Shown here: positions 11,878 through 24,130 of the stretch, one piece after another
Layout: the number at the start of each line of letters is the position of its first letter
Position numbering within the stretch: position 1 is the first letter of the stretch
Source of the DNA: Octopus bimaculoides
Lineage: Eukaryota
Assembly: GCF_001194135.2 (NCBI RefSeq)
Contig: NC_068984.1
Coordinates: 100,461,294 to 100,497,940 of the forward strand
Reading direction: 5' to 3'
Length of the DNA: 36,647 nucleotides
Made by a program: the position numbers and the translations under genes
Notes under the pieces: model-generated
The model's database searches: none
What the model was told of the DNA's origin: nothing
Seen by the model: only the letters and a program-made list of their open reading frames with translations

Positions 11878-11923
<46 letters not shown>

Positions 11924-11933
11924 NNNNNNNNNN

Positions 11934-11971
<38 letters not shown>

Positions 11972-12107
11972 ACTCACACACATTCATTTATATGTATTCA
12001 TACACACATTCAAAATATGCATGAGAGATATGCACAACAACTAAAGGAGGGGACAAAATATAGACAAGGCTAAACTCATTTTCTGGGAACCTATCATTCC
12101 AGAAACA

Positions 12108-12605
12108 CTAGGATTTTGGTGATGCGAGAGTAAAAGTTGATATCCTTCATGTGGAAAGAACCAAGTTTCACACAAAACAAAATGAAGACAAGTTACACAA
12201 CTAAAAACACATGGGGTGCTTAAAGTATGTCTTATGACTAAACATGAAGAAAACGAAGACAAAGTCTGATACAAAAGACGAGAACAAAGAAGTGCAGAGT
12301 ATAAGCGATGCTGTCTCTTGACTTAAGGTAGGGTCAAACATGGAAAATACTGTTGTGTTTAGGTTGTATATCCTGCAAAAGCTTATCTACTAATTTCTGC
12401 CTGTACCAGTATTTCTCATGTTTGTCGCCATCTTATGTTGAAAGACACTTGCTTATATTCTGTATTTGGTTGTTGCTTTTCTTTTTTTATCTATCATTTG
12501 TCTTTGTCTCCACTGTTTTCATGTGTAACTTTGTTTTGTGTTGTGACAACCCTAGCAGTTTCCAGATGAAGGATACTAACTTGTCTCCAAATGCTGAAAT
12601 CCTAG
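12108..12605. repeat. ~500-bp imperfect palindrome (foldback element)
   Basis: Paired blocks CTAGGATTT/AAATCCTAG, TATCCTTCAT(G/C)TGGAAA, AAGTTACACA, CAGA(G/A)TATAAGC and CAAACATG..AAATACTG nest to a central spacer at about 12358-12402. Confidence 0.8.
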
Positions 12606-12609
12606 TAAT

Positions 12610-12900
12610 TCATCACCGTCATCATCATCATCATGTTCATCATCATCATCATCATCATGTTCATCATCATCATCATCATCATGTTCATCATCATCATCAT
12701 CATCATCATCTAACGTCCATTTTTCCATGCTGGTATGAGTTGGACAGTTTGACTGAAGCTGGTAGGGCCTGTGGCCACACCAGGCTCCATTATCTATTCT
12801 GGCATGGTTTCTATGGTTGGATGCCGTTCCTGATGCCAACCACTCCACAGAGTGTACTGGGTACTTTTTATGTGGCACTAGCACCAGTGCTTTTAACGTG
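12610..12900 (-). mobile_element. SINE family B with a higher-order [(CAT)7GTT]n tail
   Basis: TTTTCCATGCTGGTATGAGTTGGACAGTTTGAC..GGATGCCGTTCCTGATGCCAACCACTCC; 24-bp tail periodicity at 12638-12685. Confidence 0.85.
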
Positions 12901-13097
12901 GAACTAGCCTAAGAGCTTTTTATGTGGCAGAATGAAAATTGGCTTAAATCAAATAGGTTTACCAGTGTTGGTGTTTTGACCTTTTCATAAGTTGTTGTAC
13001 ATGTCTTTTGTCATAATTTTGAATTTTTATTTTTCACATACTTAGTCATATTTTTCATGGTAACAAATTTGTCACGTATATATAAACACATAATATA

Positions 13098-13197
13098 TGC
13101 AGGCATGGGTGTGTAGTTGAGGTTGGCTGTGAGGTTGAAAAGTTTGCTTTTAAGTTATGTAGTTTCAGATTCAATCCCACAGTATAGCACCTGGGGA
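13098..13197 (+). mobile_element. SINE family A head, highly degenerate
   Basis: TGCAGGCATGG..AAAAGTTTGCTT..ATTCAATCCCAC..GCACCTGGGG. Confidence 0.55.
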
Positions 13198-13494
13198 TAG
13201 TTGATAAAGGGATAACCTGATGGAAGAGGAGTAGTGGATGACAGTACAGGGGTGAGAGACTAATGGCAGCTACATGGTTGCTCATAGGAGTGAGAGGTAG
13301 AGTAAGAGAGAAAGAAATGATGTTGGATCCTAAGCATTCCTTTCTTTCTCAGACACTGTGATGGGGGAAGACATGTTGGCAGCCACATGCTTGTTGGTGA
13401 GAGAGAAAGAAAGAGTGAGAGAGAAAAAAACATAGAGAGAGTGATGGATTGTTATAGAAGTGGTTAGTAATAATAGAGTGTGATGGCTGTCAAT

Positions 13495-14380
13495 AAAGAG
13501 TGACAAAGGAAGCAAGTGAGTTAGGGAACAAATAATAGTCAGATGAGGCCAAATTAGGAGCATTAGCAGGGTGATTAACTAGTTCAAAATCACAGTCAAG
13601 CACAGCAACCAAGGGTTGATGTGTTGGTGCATTGTCCTGATGAAACAAGACACCTTTTATCAGATTTCCTGGTGTTTGGTCTTGATAGCCTTTCATAACT
13701 GCCTCAAGCAAGTTGGCATAGTTCTCTCCATTGATGGTGTGACTCTTTTGAAGATAGTGAATAATCTTTATGCCTTTGCATCTCCAAAAACTGAGGTAAT
13801 CATTTTCCCAGCAGATGCAACAACCTTAGCCTTCTTGGTGCTTCCACTGCATGGGCTGCCTCTTAGTCACTGGCTTAAAGTGATGAACCCAACACAAGAC
13901 TCATCCTGGCTTAGGAAACATTCAAGGAAACCAGCTGGATCTGCCTCAAACAATTTTGGATTTTTCCATGATGTGATTAGCCTGGGATACTTTTGATCAG
14001 GTGTCAGAAGATGTGGCACCAACCAAGCTGAAACCTTTATCATGCTAAGTTCAGTGGGCACAATATTCTCAACTCTTTTATGAGATATGCTGATAGCATT
14101 GGCTGTTTGATTTATAGTCAATTGCTTGTCATCCATCACCATGTGGTGAACACGATAAATGTTTTCCTTGGTGGTAGCAGTTGCAGTACATCTAGACAGT
14201 GGGTCATCTTTAAGCTTCTCCCTTCCCTGCCTAAATTCAACTGCTCACTTTTCCGCTGTCGATATACCTGGAGCATCAGCCCTTGATGTAACAATCATGT
14301 CGTTGGGGGCCGAACATGTTTTCTGCAGGTACTTGATAGTATGATGATGTCAAATTTTTTCTGTTTTCAAGAGAAGTCTC
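13495..14380 (-). pseudogene. Mariner transposase relic, irritans-like (Himar1/Hsmar2 type)
   Basis: KVSAWLVPHLLTPDQK, FLSQDESCV, GVLFHQDNAPTH and HPANAPNLASSDYYLFPN in shifted frames. Confidence 0.88.
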
Positions 14381-14599
14381 TACTAGCTACTTTTGAGTTC
14401 TTCTCTGAACAGTCAAACGTCAGTTTAGGTGGAAGGAAACAATGCAGTTATTAATAAGGAGATTTTCAAATCAATGCATGCAAGATTTTACAGCTCCAGT
14501 GTTATTCCTTCACAATCAGCTTATAAACTGTTTAGCCCAGCCTTGTATATTGAATACTTCAGTCTCCATTACTCTTTCTCATTATAAATGTAGATTTTG

Positions 14600-14870
14600 C
14601 CACAGTTGGCTGGGACTTCTCCAGCACGATGTATTACCAATTAACATGGTTTATCATCATCTCCTTTATGAGATGCAACAATTTGAGATCAATCTTCATC
14701 ACCTCATCTCAAGTCTCCTTCCACATGTTCCACTCACTTTCAGTACTCAGCACTTCCTTATGCAGCTGTCAACCTCTGTATGCATCACATGCACATACCA
14801 GTGCAGTTTTCTTTGACACACTACATCTGATTTCTTGAACTCAGCTTTTTCTTCTAAGCTCATTTGTACT
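14600..14870 (-). mobile_element. RTE-clade LINE 3' fragment
   Basis: CQRKLHWYVHVMHTEVDSCIRKC resembles the RTE ORF C-terminal R.LRWYGHV.R motif. Confidence 0.7.
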
Positions 14871-14884
14871 CCATCATTCATATA

Positions 14885-15200
14885 CTTACATGCATGTATA
14901 CATGCATGTATACATGCATACATATATGCATACATATGCATACATATATATACATATGTATGCATACATATGCATATATGTATGCATGTATTTATGTAAG
15001 CATGCATGCATGTATACATGTGTGCATGTGTGTGTATATATACATACATATATATATATGTGTATGTATGTATGTATCTATCTATCAATCTATCTGTGTG
15101 TGTGTGTGTGTGTGTGTGTTTATACATGCATGTATGCACTCTCAGTAATACATGCATACAAGCATCTACACAAGTATACATGTTTGTTTATATACACATG
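14885..15200. repeat. Alternating purine-pyrimidine low-complexity tract (TACATGCATG/TA/TG)
   Basis: Direct reading. Confidence 0.9.
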
Positions 15201-15319
15201 AAAAATTTAAAGGATTTTTGCTTCTTAACTTCAATTAGTCTTTAGAGAGACCTCTGAAGAGCTGGGGAAAAAAAATTAATTTGTGAAATTCCACACCATC
15301 TCTTCCCTACTCTTATATT

Positions 15320-15930
15320 ACTGCTATCATCATCACTACTTCTGCTGCCACCACCATTATCAAAACTACCACCACCACCATCACCACCACCACCACCATT
15401 ATCACCATCACCACCATCACCACCATCACCACCATTATCACCACTACCACCAACACTACTATCATCAAAACCACCACCACCACCACCATCACCATCACTT
15501 CCACCACCACTACCACCACCACCAGAACCACCACCACCACCACCACCACCACCACTGTAACAATATCAATCTCAACAACCTTAATCACTACCACAAATAG
15601 CACCACTACTACCACTACAGCAACCAACCATCAACACGACTACCTCCACGACCATCATCTTAACTTCTACCCACTACAGCAACCAAGACCACAAACCTCA
15701 ACCACCACTAACAATAGCAGCACCAGCACCAACCAATACTACTTCCACAACCATCACCAGCACTACTACTACTACTACTACTANNNNNNNNNNCTACTAC
15801 TACTACTACTACTACAACTATTAGTTCTACTACTGCCACTACAACCACCTTCACCACCCGTAACACCACAACCAGCCCAACCAAGAACCATCACAACCTT
15901 ACCACCACAGTCATTTCCAATACCACCACA
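15320..15930. repeat. (CAC/CAT/ACT)n trinucleotide low-complexity tract
   Basis: Direct reading; source of the spurious poly-His and poly-Val ORFs. Confidence 0.92.
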
Positions 15931-16089
15931 AGCTCTTCATTTCATGCTTAATGCATCTGAAGAAGCTGTTGCTTCCAACGTTTTTCTCCCTTTCCCGTCC
16001 CCACCCATCTCTTTCAAGAGCACTTAACACTCTAGCTGCTTGTTTCTATCTTTTTGTGGATTTTGTGTAAATTTGTAAATTTCTTTTCA

Positions 16090-16243
16090 ATACATCTCTT
16101 GCATGTTGGAGTTTTATATACATATATATATGGGTGTGTATGTGTACGTACATATGTATGTATGTATGTGTGTGTGTGTGCGTGTGTATGTGCGTGCATG
16201 TGTGTGTATGCATGTTTGTGCTTATATATGTGTGTGTGTGAAC

Positions 16244-16309
<66 letters not shown>

Positions 16310-16700
16310 ATATATACATATATATATATTGATAGATAGATAATTATAGACATAGAGGTGTGTATATATGCATATATATCTATATACATACATGTGTACA
16401 TATATAAATATATACATACATATACATGCATGCATACACACACACACACATATATATATCACACACATGCACACACACACACATCTATGTATATGCATAC
16501 ATGCATGCATACACATATACACATGTATGTTACCCTATCTGTCACTTTATTTTCCTGCTTGTATTTATATGCATGTGTGTGCATGGATATTTGTATGTAT
16601 ATGTATGTACGTATGCATGTATATATGTCTATGTGCATTCATGTCATGTGTGTGTTTGTGCGTGTGTGTGACAGAGAGACAGAGAGAGAGAGAGTGCTTC
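16090..16700. repeat. Compound TA/TG/CA microsatellite
   Basis: Direct reading. Confidence 0.9.
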
Positions 16701-17057
16701 TCGTGTGTCTGCATGTGTGTCCTTGAAAGTCTCTTTCTCTCTATATATGAGTTGTACATCTTTTAATATAGTCATCCATCTCATAAGGAAACGACTGTGG
16801 TTAAGAACTAACCCTCTGTAAGAAATAACAAAATACCAGTCAGTTGCTTTTCATTGATGTAGTGTGTCTAAGATGATTTACACCCTAACGACACATCCCG
16901 CATGGAATGCAAGCACAAAATAATAATGAAGATGGTGAGGATTATGATGATAATGATGATTATAATGATATCTATTTACCTGCATACACACAGACACACT
17001 CACACACAGACAGACAGTCACACAAATACATATATACAAGAATATATATGATAAGCA

Positions 17058-17175
17058 ACTATCAAATTCACTCACAAAGTTTCTGTCAGCAAGGGGCTAA
17101 AAAGACACTTGAAGGTGCAAAACACTGGGACTGACCCTGAAACCACATAACTGGTAAGCAAACTGTTTGACCATA
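17058..17175 (-). mobile_element. SINE family A 5' module, reverse orientation
   Basis: RC contains GTTTGCTTACC..GTGGTTTCAGGGTCAGTCCCAGTG..TCAAGTGTCTT..CTTTGTGAGTGAATTTGATAG. Confidence 0.7.
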
Positions 17176-17207
17176 TATCTGTAACTAAACACACACACAC
17201 ACACATG

Positions 17208-17375
17208 TGCACACATGGCTGTGCGGAAAGAAGCTTGCTTCCCAATGACATAGTTCTGGGTTTAGTCCCACTGTGTGACACCTTGGGCAAGTGTCTTCTA
17301 CTATAGCCTCGGGTCAACTGAAACCTTCTGAGTGGATTTGGTAGACGGAAATTGAAAGAAGCCCATCGTGTATAT
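17208..17375 (+). mobile_element. SINE family A 5' module
   Basis: CATGGCTGTGCGGAAAGAAGCTTGCTTCCC..GGATTTGGTAGACGGAAATTGAAAGAAGCCC. Confidence 0.88.
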
Positions 17376-18425
17376 NNNNNNNNNNNNNNNNNNNNNNNNN
17401 NNNNNNNNNNNNNNNNNNNNNNNNNNNNNNNNNNNNNNNNNNNNNNNNNNNNNNNNNNNNNNNNNNNNNNNNNNNNNNNNNNNNNNNNNNNNNNNNNNNN
17501 NNNNNNNNNNNNNNNNNNNNNNNNNNNNNNNNNNNNNNNNNNNNNNNNNNNNNNNNNNNNNNNNNNNNNNNNNNNNNNNNNNNNNNNNNNNNNNNNNNNN
17601 NNNNNNNNNNNNNNNNNNNNNNNNNNNNNNNNNNNNNNNNNNNNNNNNNNNNNNNNNNNNNNNNNNNNNNNNNNNNNNNNNNNNNNNNNNNNNNNNNNNN
17701 NNNNNNNNNNNNNNNNNNNNNNNNNNNNNNNNNNNNNNNNNNNNNNNNNNNNNNNNNNNNNNNNNNNNNNNNNNNNNNNNNNNNNNNNNNNNNNNNNNNN
17801 NNNNNNNNNNNNNNNNNNNNNNNNNNNNNNNNNNNNNNNNNNNNNNNNNNNNNNNNNNNNNNNNNNNNNNNNNNNNNNNNNNNNNNNNNNNNNNNNNNNN
17901 NNNNNNNNNNNNNNNNNNNNNNNNNNNNNNNNNNNNNNNNNNNNNNNNNNNNNNATATATATATATATATATATATATAGACGTATATACGCGGATAGAC
18001 GTATATACAAACAAAAACACATACGCAAAAAACATAAACCGTAAATCATTCACATTCATCGCAAAACTTGAATATACAAATGGGTTATATATGTATATAC
18101 ATAAATACATCCTCCTATCTGTCAAACATATCTACACCTGCAGATATATAAACGTATATACATATATGTATGAAGGAAGGAGACAAGTACAAGAGGTAGA
18201 GTCTTGCACTAGTATATATATACAATCATTCGTACACATGTATATACGCACGCACATATACATTAGGTATGTACTACACACGGATAAATTACACAGTTAT
18301 AAAGGGTGAAAAATGATATACAGAAAAATATATAAAGTAATAAAATATATATATAAATATATAAGAGATGTTAAGGCATATGATAAGAAGGCATATGATA
18401 AAAGGTATAATATAAAAAGTAGGTT

Positions 18426-19369
18426 TTATTTGTGATCTTGGGTGGGGTGGGGGTTCCAAAAACGTAGCAAATGTTTTGCTATATGTGGACATGACCCAAA
18501 ATGTTCAGTTCTTGAATTCAGACATGTAGCGGGGTCTAAAGAACTTTTCCAGATGAGCCATCTTTCCATATCGCAAAGACCACACTTTCCACTGCCGTTG
18601 GTGTAAGGCTTACACTTGGCCAAGATCTTCCAGTGAATCTTATAATCGACACCTTTTTCTTTTAAGGACCATGTATAACTGGATAATTTGGTTGTTTTCC
18701 TTTTATCCTAGTGTCTGAAGTTTAAGGTATGATTGTTGAACCTGGCTTTAAAATTTCCCTCTGGGAGACCCACATATTTCTTTGGTTGAAGAGTCTACGG
18801 TGGTTTCATAAATGATGGCCTCGGTCATACAAACTCTATTTAGCGGGCACAAATTTGTAACTGTGCAGGAACAGCCGGCTTCATTTTGTTGTGTGAAAGT
18901 ATATTTTTAAAGTTAGTCGTAGAACTAAAACTAATTTTTAAGCTGTGCCGATTAAAGAGCTTTCTATAATTATGATTGATTGGAAAATGCCTATCTATAA
19001 GTGATGAGAAATATCTACCTATATTAAAGGTCACTTCGAATGAGTAAGGTGGTGTGAACCAGATAATTTTCCTATTCCTATTTTAACTTTTCTTTGTTAC
19101 TTGACTAATGACAGGTGTATAGGTTACTTCCTCGCTAAAACCACTATCTTTTAGAGCTTTATTATATATTGGGGCAACACTATTAAAAAATTTATATTGG
19201 AGGAGAGGCTAGAAATTCTCTTGCTAATGTTTTTAACTAAATTCTTAAATACTATGGGGGGGGGGATGACAGGAACCTACATTAATATAGCTAAGTCTAT
19301 CGTTGGGCTTTCTATAGGATGTGTAAATATTCTTATTTAAATCTAAAGATACATCTAGGAAATTGACAA
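18426..19369 (-). pseudogene. 5'-truncated Penelope-like retroelement: RT C-terminus, GIY-YIG endonuclease and Cys/His tail
   Basis: VNFLDVSLDL..YRKPND..YIN..CHPP; IIWFTPPY..NIGRYF..IDRHFP; CPL..C..AIIYETTV..KYVGLPEGNFKARFNNH; CGLCDME..LNSRTE..CPH. Frameshifts and one in-frame TAG. Confidence 0.9.
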
Positions 19370-19428
19370 CTGATGAGATGCCGGAGCAGATTTCAGCCCC
19401 GGTATCCGAAACTCTGAGTTTTATTATG
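19362..19428 (+). ncRNA. Type I hammerhead ribozyme, near-complete, antisense to the PLE ORF
   Basis: CUGAUGA 19370-19376; stem II GAUGCCGG/CCGGUAUC with one extra C; GAAA 19408-19411; palindromic stem III AACUC-U-GAGUU; GUU triplet ends at 19420; imperfect stem I. Confidence 0.7.
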
Positions 19429-20380
19429 ACAACCAACTAATTGTCACATGTTATATTTAAAGATAAATTCCTCTATTTTACATAATATCGGGGTCTCATT
19501 CCTTCTTTTCTTGTCATNNNNNNNNNNNNNNNNNNNNNNNNNNNNNNNNNNNNNNNNNNNNNNNNNNNNNNNNNNNNNNNNNNNNNNNNNNNNNNNNNNN
19601 NNNNNNNNNNNNNNNNNNNNNNNNNNNNNNNNNNNNNNNNNNNNNNNNNNNNNNNNNNNNNNNNNNNNNNNNNNNNNNNNNNNNNNNNNNNNNNNNNNNN
19701 NNNNNNNNNNNNNNNNNNNNNNNNNNNNNNNNNNNNNNNNNNNNNNNNNNNNNNNNNNNNNNNNNNNNNNNNNNNNNNNNNNNNNNNNNNNNNNNNNNNN
19801 NNNNNNNNNNNNNNNNNNNNNNNNNNNNNNNNNNNNNNNNNNNNNNNNNNNNNNNNNNNNNNNNNNNNNNNNNNNNNNNNNNNNNNNNNNNNNNNNNNNN
19901 NNNNNNNNNNNNNNNNNNNNNNNNNNNNNNNNNNNNNNNNNNNNNNNNNNNNNNNNNNNNNNNNNNNNNNNNNNNNNNNNNNNNNNNNNNNNNNNNNNNN
20001 NNNNNNNNNNNNNNNNNNNNNNNNNNNNNNNNNNNNNNNNNNNNNNNNNNNNNNNNNNNNNNNNNNNNNAACAACGGTTGTCAAGTAGTAGCTGAAACAA
20101 ACAAACACACACATACACACACACACACATATATATAGATAGATAGATAGATAGACACACAGAGAAATATAAAAGCAGCATTTTCCTCATAAAAAATCGA
20201 AGAGATTCTTTAAAGTGTCATGTATTGATATTTAGTTAAGTTGACACTGAATGGAATATGGAACATTGTTATGACATTTATCACACACAAACACGCACGC
20301 ACGCACACATACACACACACACACACACAAAGACTCACGGAACCAGACATATCTATATAGGTATATTTAAATATATATCG

Positions 20381-20548
20381 GTGCAGGCATTATCCTGTGG
20401 TTAAGAGCTTTGCTTGACAACAACATATTCTTTTGATTTCTGTCCAGCTGTGCTGCACCTCCACCAAATGTCTTTTACTGTAGCTCCAGGAAACCAAACT
20501 CTTGTGAGTAAATTTCGTAAAGGGGAAACTGTGTGGAATCCTGTTTTA
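20381..20548 (+). mobile_element. SINE family A 5' module, degenerate
   Basis: GGTGCAGGCA..GTGGTTAAGAGCTTTGCTT..AATGTCTTTTACTGTAGCTCC..CTTGTGAGTAAATTT. Confidence 0.7.
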
Positions 20549-20807
20549 TGTACGTGTGAGAGTGTGCGTGTGTGCATGTGTATGTATGTGAATGTGTGTG
20601 CGTGTGTGTGTGTGCATGCGTGCGCGCACATCCTTGTATTTGTCTCCTCACCATAGTTTAATGTTGATCTCAGAATATGCACCAGTTGAACTCAGTTGAA
20701 CTTGGAATATAATCTGTGACGTGAAGACGGATGCAATGCTGCTATGCAACATGTCTGATGCGATAAAGATTCTGCAAGCTCGCTGCCTTATGTTCTGTCT
20801 AATATTG

Positions 20808-21022
20808 GTTTCTAAATTTTGTCACAAGGCCAGCAATTTAGGGGGAGGGAGTAAGTCAATTACATTGACCTCAGTGCTCAACAGATACTTATTTTATCGA
20901 TCCTGGAAGGATGAAAAGCAAAGTCGACCTCGGTGGAATTTGAACTAAGAACGTAAAGACAGGTGAAATATCGCTAAGCATTCTGCCCGGCGCGATAACG
21001 ATATTCTGCAGGTTCGCCGCCT
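20808..21022 (-). mobile_element. tRNA-derived SINE family D
   Basis: RC head GGCGGCGAACCTGCAGAA..GTTCAAATTCCACCGAGGTCGACTTTGCTTTTCATCCTT; matches 4997-5200. Confidence 0.85.
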
Positions 21023-21199
21023 ACGCACTGTCTAATATTACAATTTTATTGTTAATGACTTCAAAATTTTGCTGAGCTCGGCTTCCTTAAAAATGTGAAG
21101 TCATACTACTCGCACACGAACGCATGCACGCGCACGCACACACGCACATACACACACACACACACACATTACACATGTACATATATATATATACGTACA

Positions 21200-22600
21200 T
21201 GATGGCTGCAACTCGATTCGAGTAATACCATCGCTTGATTGTTCTCTTTTCACTCTTGCTTGAGACCTGCACTCTTTTTCACAAATAGGGAAACGATGAA
21301 TGACCTTTCCAAATAGGTGTTACACTATTGTTTTGGTGGACCTTTATATGACATTTCAGTGCACCTCTTGACGGCTTTCTTAATTCAGAGGGAGATTTCA
21401 TTGTCAAGAGTATTTGTCGTATTGATAGTACTGCCTAAATACACGAATTTATCCACAACTGCAATGTCAATCCATACACACAAATGTTTACTCAGAGTAG
21501 GCCTTTTTCTAGTGCAGGTTGAAACACTACCACTGTCTATTTTAAGTTGATTGTTAGACCCAATGCACTGCGTGCTATCGGGCGGGAAGGATTTTACAAG
21601 ATGATGCATATAGACTGTCAGCATATAAGATGAAGCATTTAGGTCGTTAGCATATAAGATGATGCATATAGGCCGTCAGTATATAGGAATTCCTGCATTA
21701 ATGATGAGAATAACTTTGTTTAAGCAGGAAACCGTCTCATATTCAGCATCCTGCTCTCTGTTCGGTATCTGATGTAGACCCCAAGTAAGTAACCATCAAC
21801 CGGCACCAAGGAAACCATAGCAGCGCACAATGCGAACAGTTGCCGCTGGTATATTCTCTTGCTTATCAATATTTGTAAAATTGAATCGGAAAGCTTACCA
21901 CTCATGTTGACACTCGCTTTCATTCCACAATGGAAACCTCTAAACACAGAGGCAATCTTGTCAAGATACCCAAACTTCTTCAGAATCTGCAGGACATCAA
22001 TCCAAGTAGGCCTATTTAAAAGTTAGTTAAAATATTCTTGTCGTCTGACAAAAATATCTATAGAGTCTCTGAGCAATTCATTCCCACCCAGAGCACACTG
22101 ACTGGTGGCAGGAAAGGAAGATGGCTTCTTAACATCCTACAACAAATTATACAGAAGCTTCGTTTTGCTAGAACTAGATGCAAATTAGATTTGACCTGCT
22201 TTATTCCTCCATTCAAGAATCCTGTATGTCAACAAGCCTTTGCTATACCTTACACTGCACCCACCCTGTCGTACGAAGTTTCATTTTTATGCATTTCTGG
22301 TTTTCCTCCAAAGACGCTCATAAGCTCTATATTCTTTCATTTAACGGTGCAGAGACATATTCATCATTTTCATCCAAAACGATCTCATTATTTTTTCCGC
22401 ACTAAGCAGAACATATTTGTAAACGCCATAGACGGATATTTTGAAGTCTTCCCACGAGTTTGTGAATTGAATGCTGTCCTTTCTCTTCACCAACTCTTTC
22501 TTAGCGTCATCTTTCAAACAAGTTGCATTAAAGTTCTTTGGAATGGTCACACCATTGGCTCTTTTATAATAAACTTCACATTTGCACGAACAAAACAATG
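21200..22600 (-). pseudogene. RTE (BovB-like) LINE fragment: linker plus reverse transcriptase, internally deleted
   Basis: WEDFK..VY, DENDE, ILKKFGY..FRGFHCGMKASV, GVYIRYRTESRMLNMRRF, a YADD-derived motif, and AVVDKFVYLGSTI..LDNEI. Confidence 0.88.
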
Positions 22601-23739
22601 ATCAATCAGCATCCAGCTCCCTGCATAAAATGAATAACACATACATCACGAACAAGAACAAAATTAGTCATATGCAAGGGCTTCGAGCCAAAATAAAGCC
22701 AAGTTCTTTTCTATTTATTCTGTTAGTTTTTATTTATACGAAAAACGTAGCTGTGAATATACACATCCACCAGTTTATGCGTGTATGTGTATGTGTGTGC
22801 GTGTCTATATCATTTTTTGCGTTATGTATGCGAATATATATATGCATGTACTAATATTTTTGCACGTATACGTGTCTACATGGTATATATATATATATAT
22901 CTGTATATCCCTCTCTGTCTTTGATTTATCACTCTGTTAACACTTTATCTTCCATTTTCATTATTGTTTTGGTTTCAAGGATAAAATAAAATACATCATA
23001 AGTAATGACAAAAGCAGTGCCAGATGTAACAGAAATAACGTAAAACATTATGGTTTAATCCTCCTTATAAACATTGTCCCAGCCTTAGATATTTTGAGTA
23101 ACAGTTAAGAAATCACATCTTTCTGTAAACATAAGACTGCATTATTGGCGAAGAACTATTAAACCCATATTACTCACTATTTGCCTTCACTTGGCCTCTG
23201 TCTATCTTACTTAACATTCCTCAATGAAACTTGATCGTGAAAGCAACCTTCCTTGTTCTACCACTATACACTTATGCCACCTGACAACGACTTCCAGACC
23301 TGCCCCACACTAAATCTTCTTAATTTTTCATTTCCTATCTCTCTATCTCATTTTCATACTTCATTTTCCTGCCCGGTTACTACACTGTACACATATCGTC
23401 TTATACCCTTGCACTTCTTTTAAAACAAGGTTAATTACAACGAAACAAATCGTGTATTATTAGCCGAAGGAGACGCTTTACAAATCATCTGAATATACAC
23501 TTCTTTTCAAATATATCGAACTGTGCCGACGTGCTGAAAAGCGACTTCCGAGTCATGTTAATTGAGGACCATTTTCAATTAAGTATGTAATGCATACATA
23601 TGCACATGTATGTATGTATGTATGTATGTATGTATGTATGTATGTATGTATCTGCTTGTCTGTCTGTCTCTCTTTTTCTCTCTCTCTTTTTCTCTCTCTC
23701 TGTACATATATATATAATGATAATATAAATAATATATAT

Positions 23740-24130
23740 ATATATATATGCATATATACATACATGTACATACTTACATATATATGTATATACACATGCA
23801 TATATGGGTACAGGACGTCAAAAAACTTAAACAACATGAAAAAACGAGAACATGAAATACGAAAACAAGGAAAATGAATTTTTATTTGCGAACAACGAAA
23901 GAAACAAATAGAAAAACAAGATAGGCAACATAAAGAACAATCCCTTCATCAGTTGTCCACTGTTTTATCTACTCCGCATTTTGTGCATTAGGACAAAATG
24001 CGTCTTCGTCAAAACAGTTGCTCCTGCAAAGCAATTTAAATAAAATTTGGGATTTGCGGAGGGTCAAAGCTGGTAACAAAAATAAGACAGTGAAAGCAAA
24101 CGATAAGGGCTGTTAAGCCATAACGAGGTG
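23740..24130. repeat. Interspersed repeat family F (long copy)
   Basis: TATATGGGTACAGGACGT..AAACGAGAA(C/T)ATGAAATACG..CGAACAACGAAAG shared with 25110-25257 and RC 4290-4440. Confidence 0.8.

Noticed and set aside
13637-13670. CTGATGA as a hammerhead core
   Set aside because: It is the antisense of mariner FHQD codons; there is no stem II or GAAA arrangement.
15283-15627. Poly-His and poly-Val ORFs suggesting a metal-binding protein
   Set aside because: They are translations of a CAC/CAT tract with no splice or non-repetitive coding context; the same applies to the poly-Asp, poly-Met and CV/HT ORFs elsewhere.
15957-15985. CTGAAGA-AGC-TGTT-GCTT-CCAAC-GTT hammerhead-like string
   Set aside because: GAAA is lost and there is no stem I; at best a very decayed relative of family G.
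18426-18760. Selenocysteine recoding in the PLE (known in some PLE clades)
   Set aside because: The in-frame stop in the endonuclease is TAG, not TGA, frameshifts are present, and I saw no SECIS-like hairpin.
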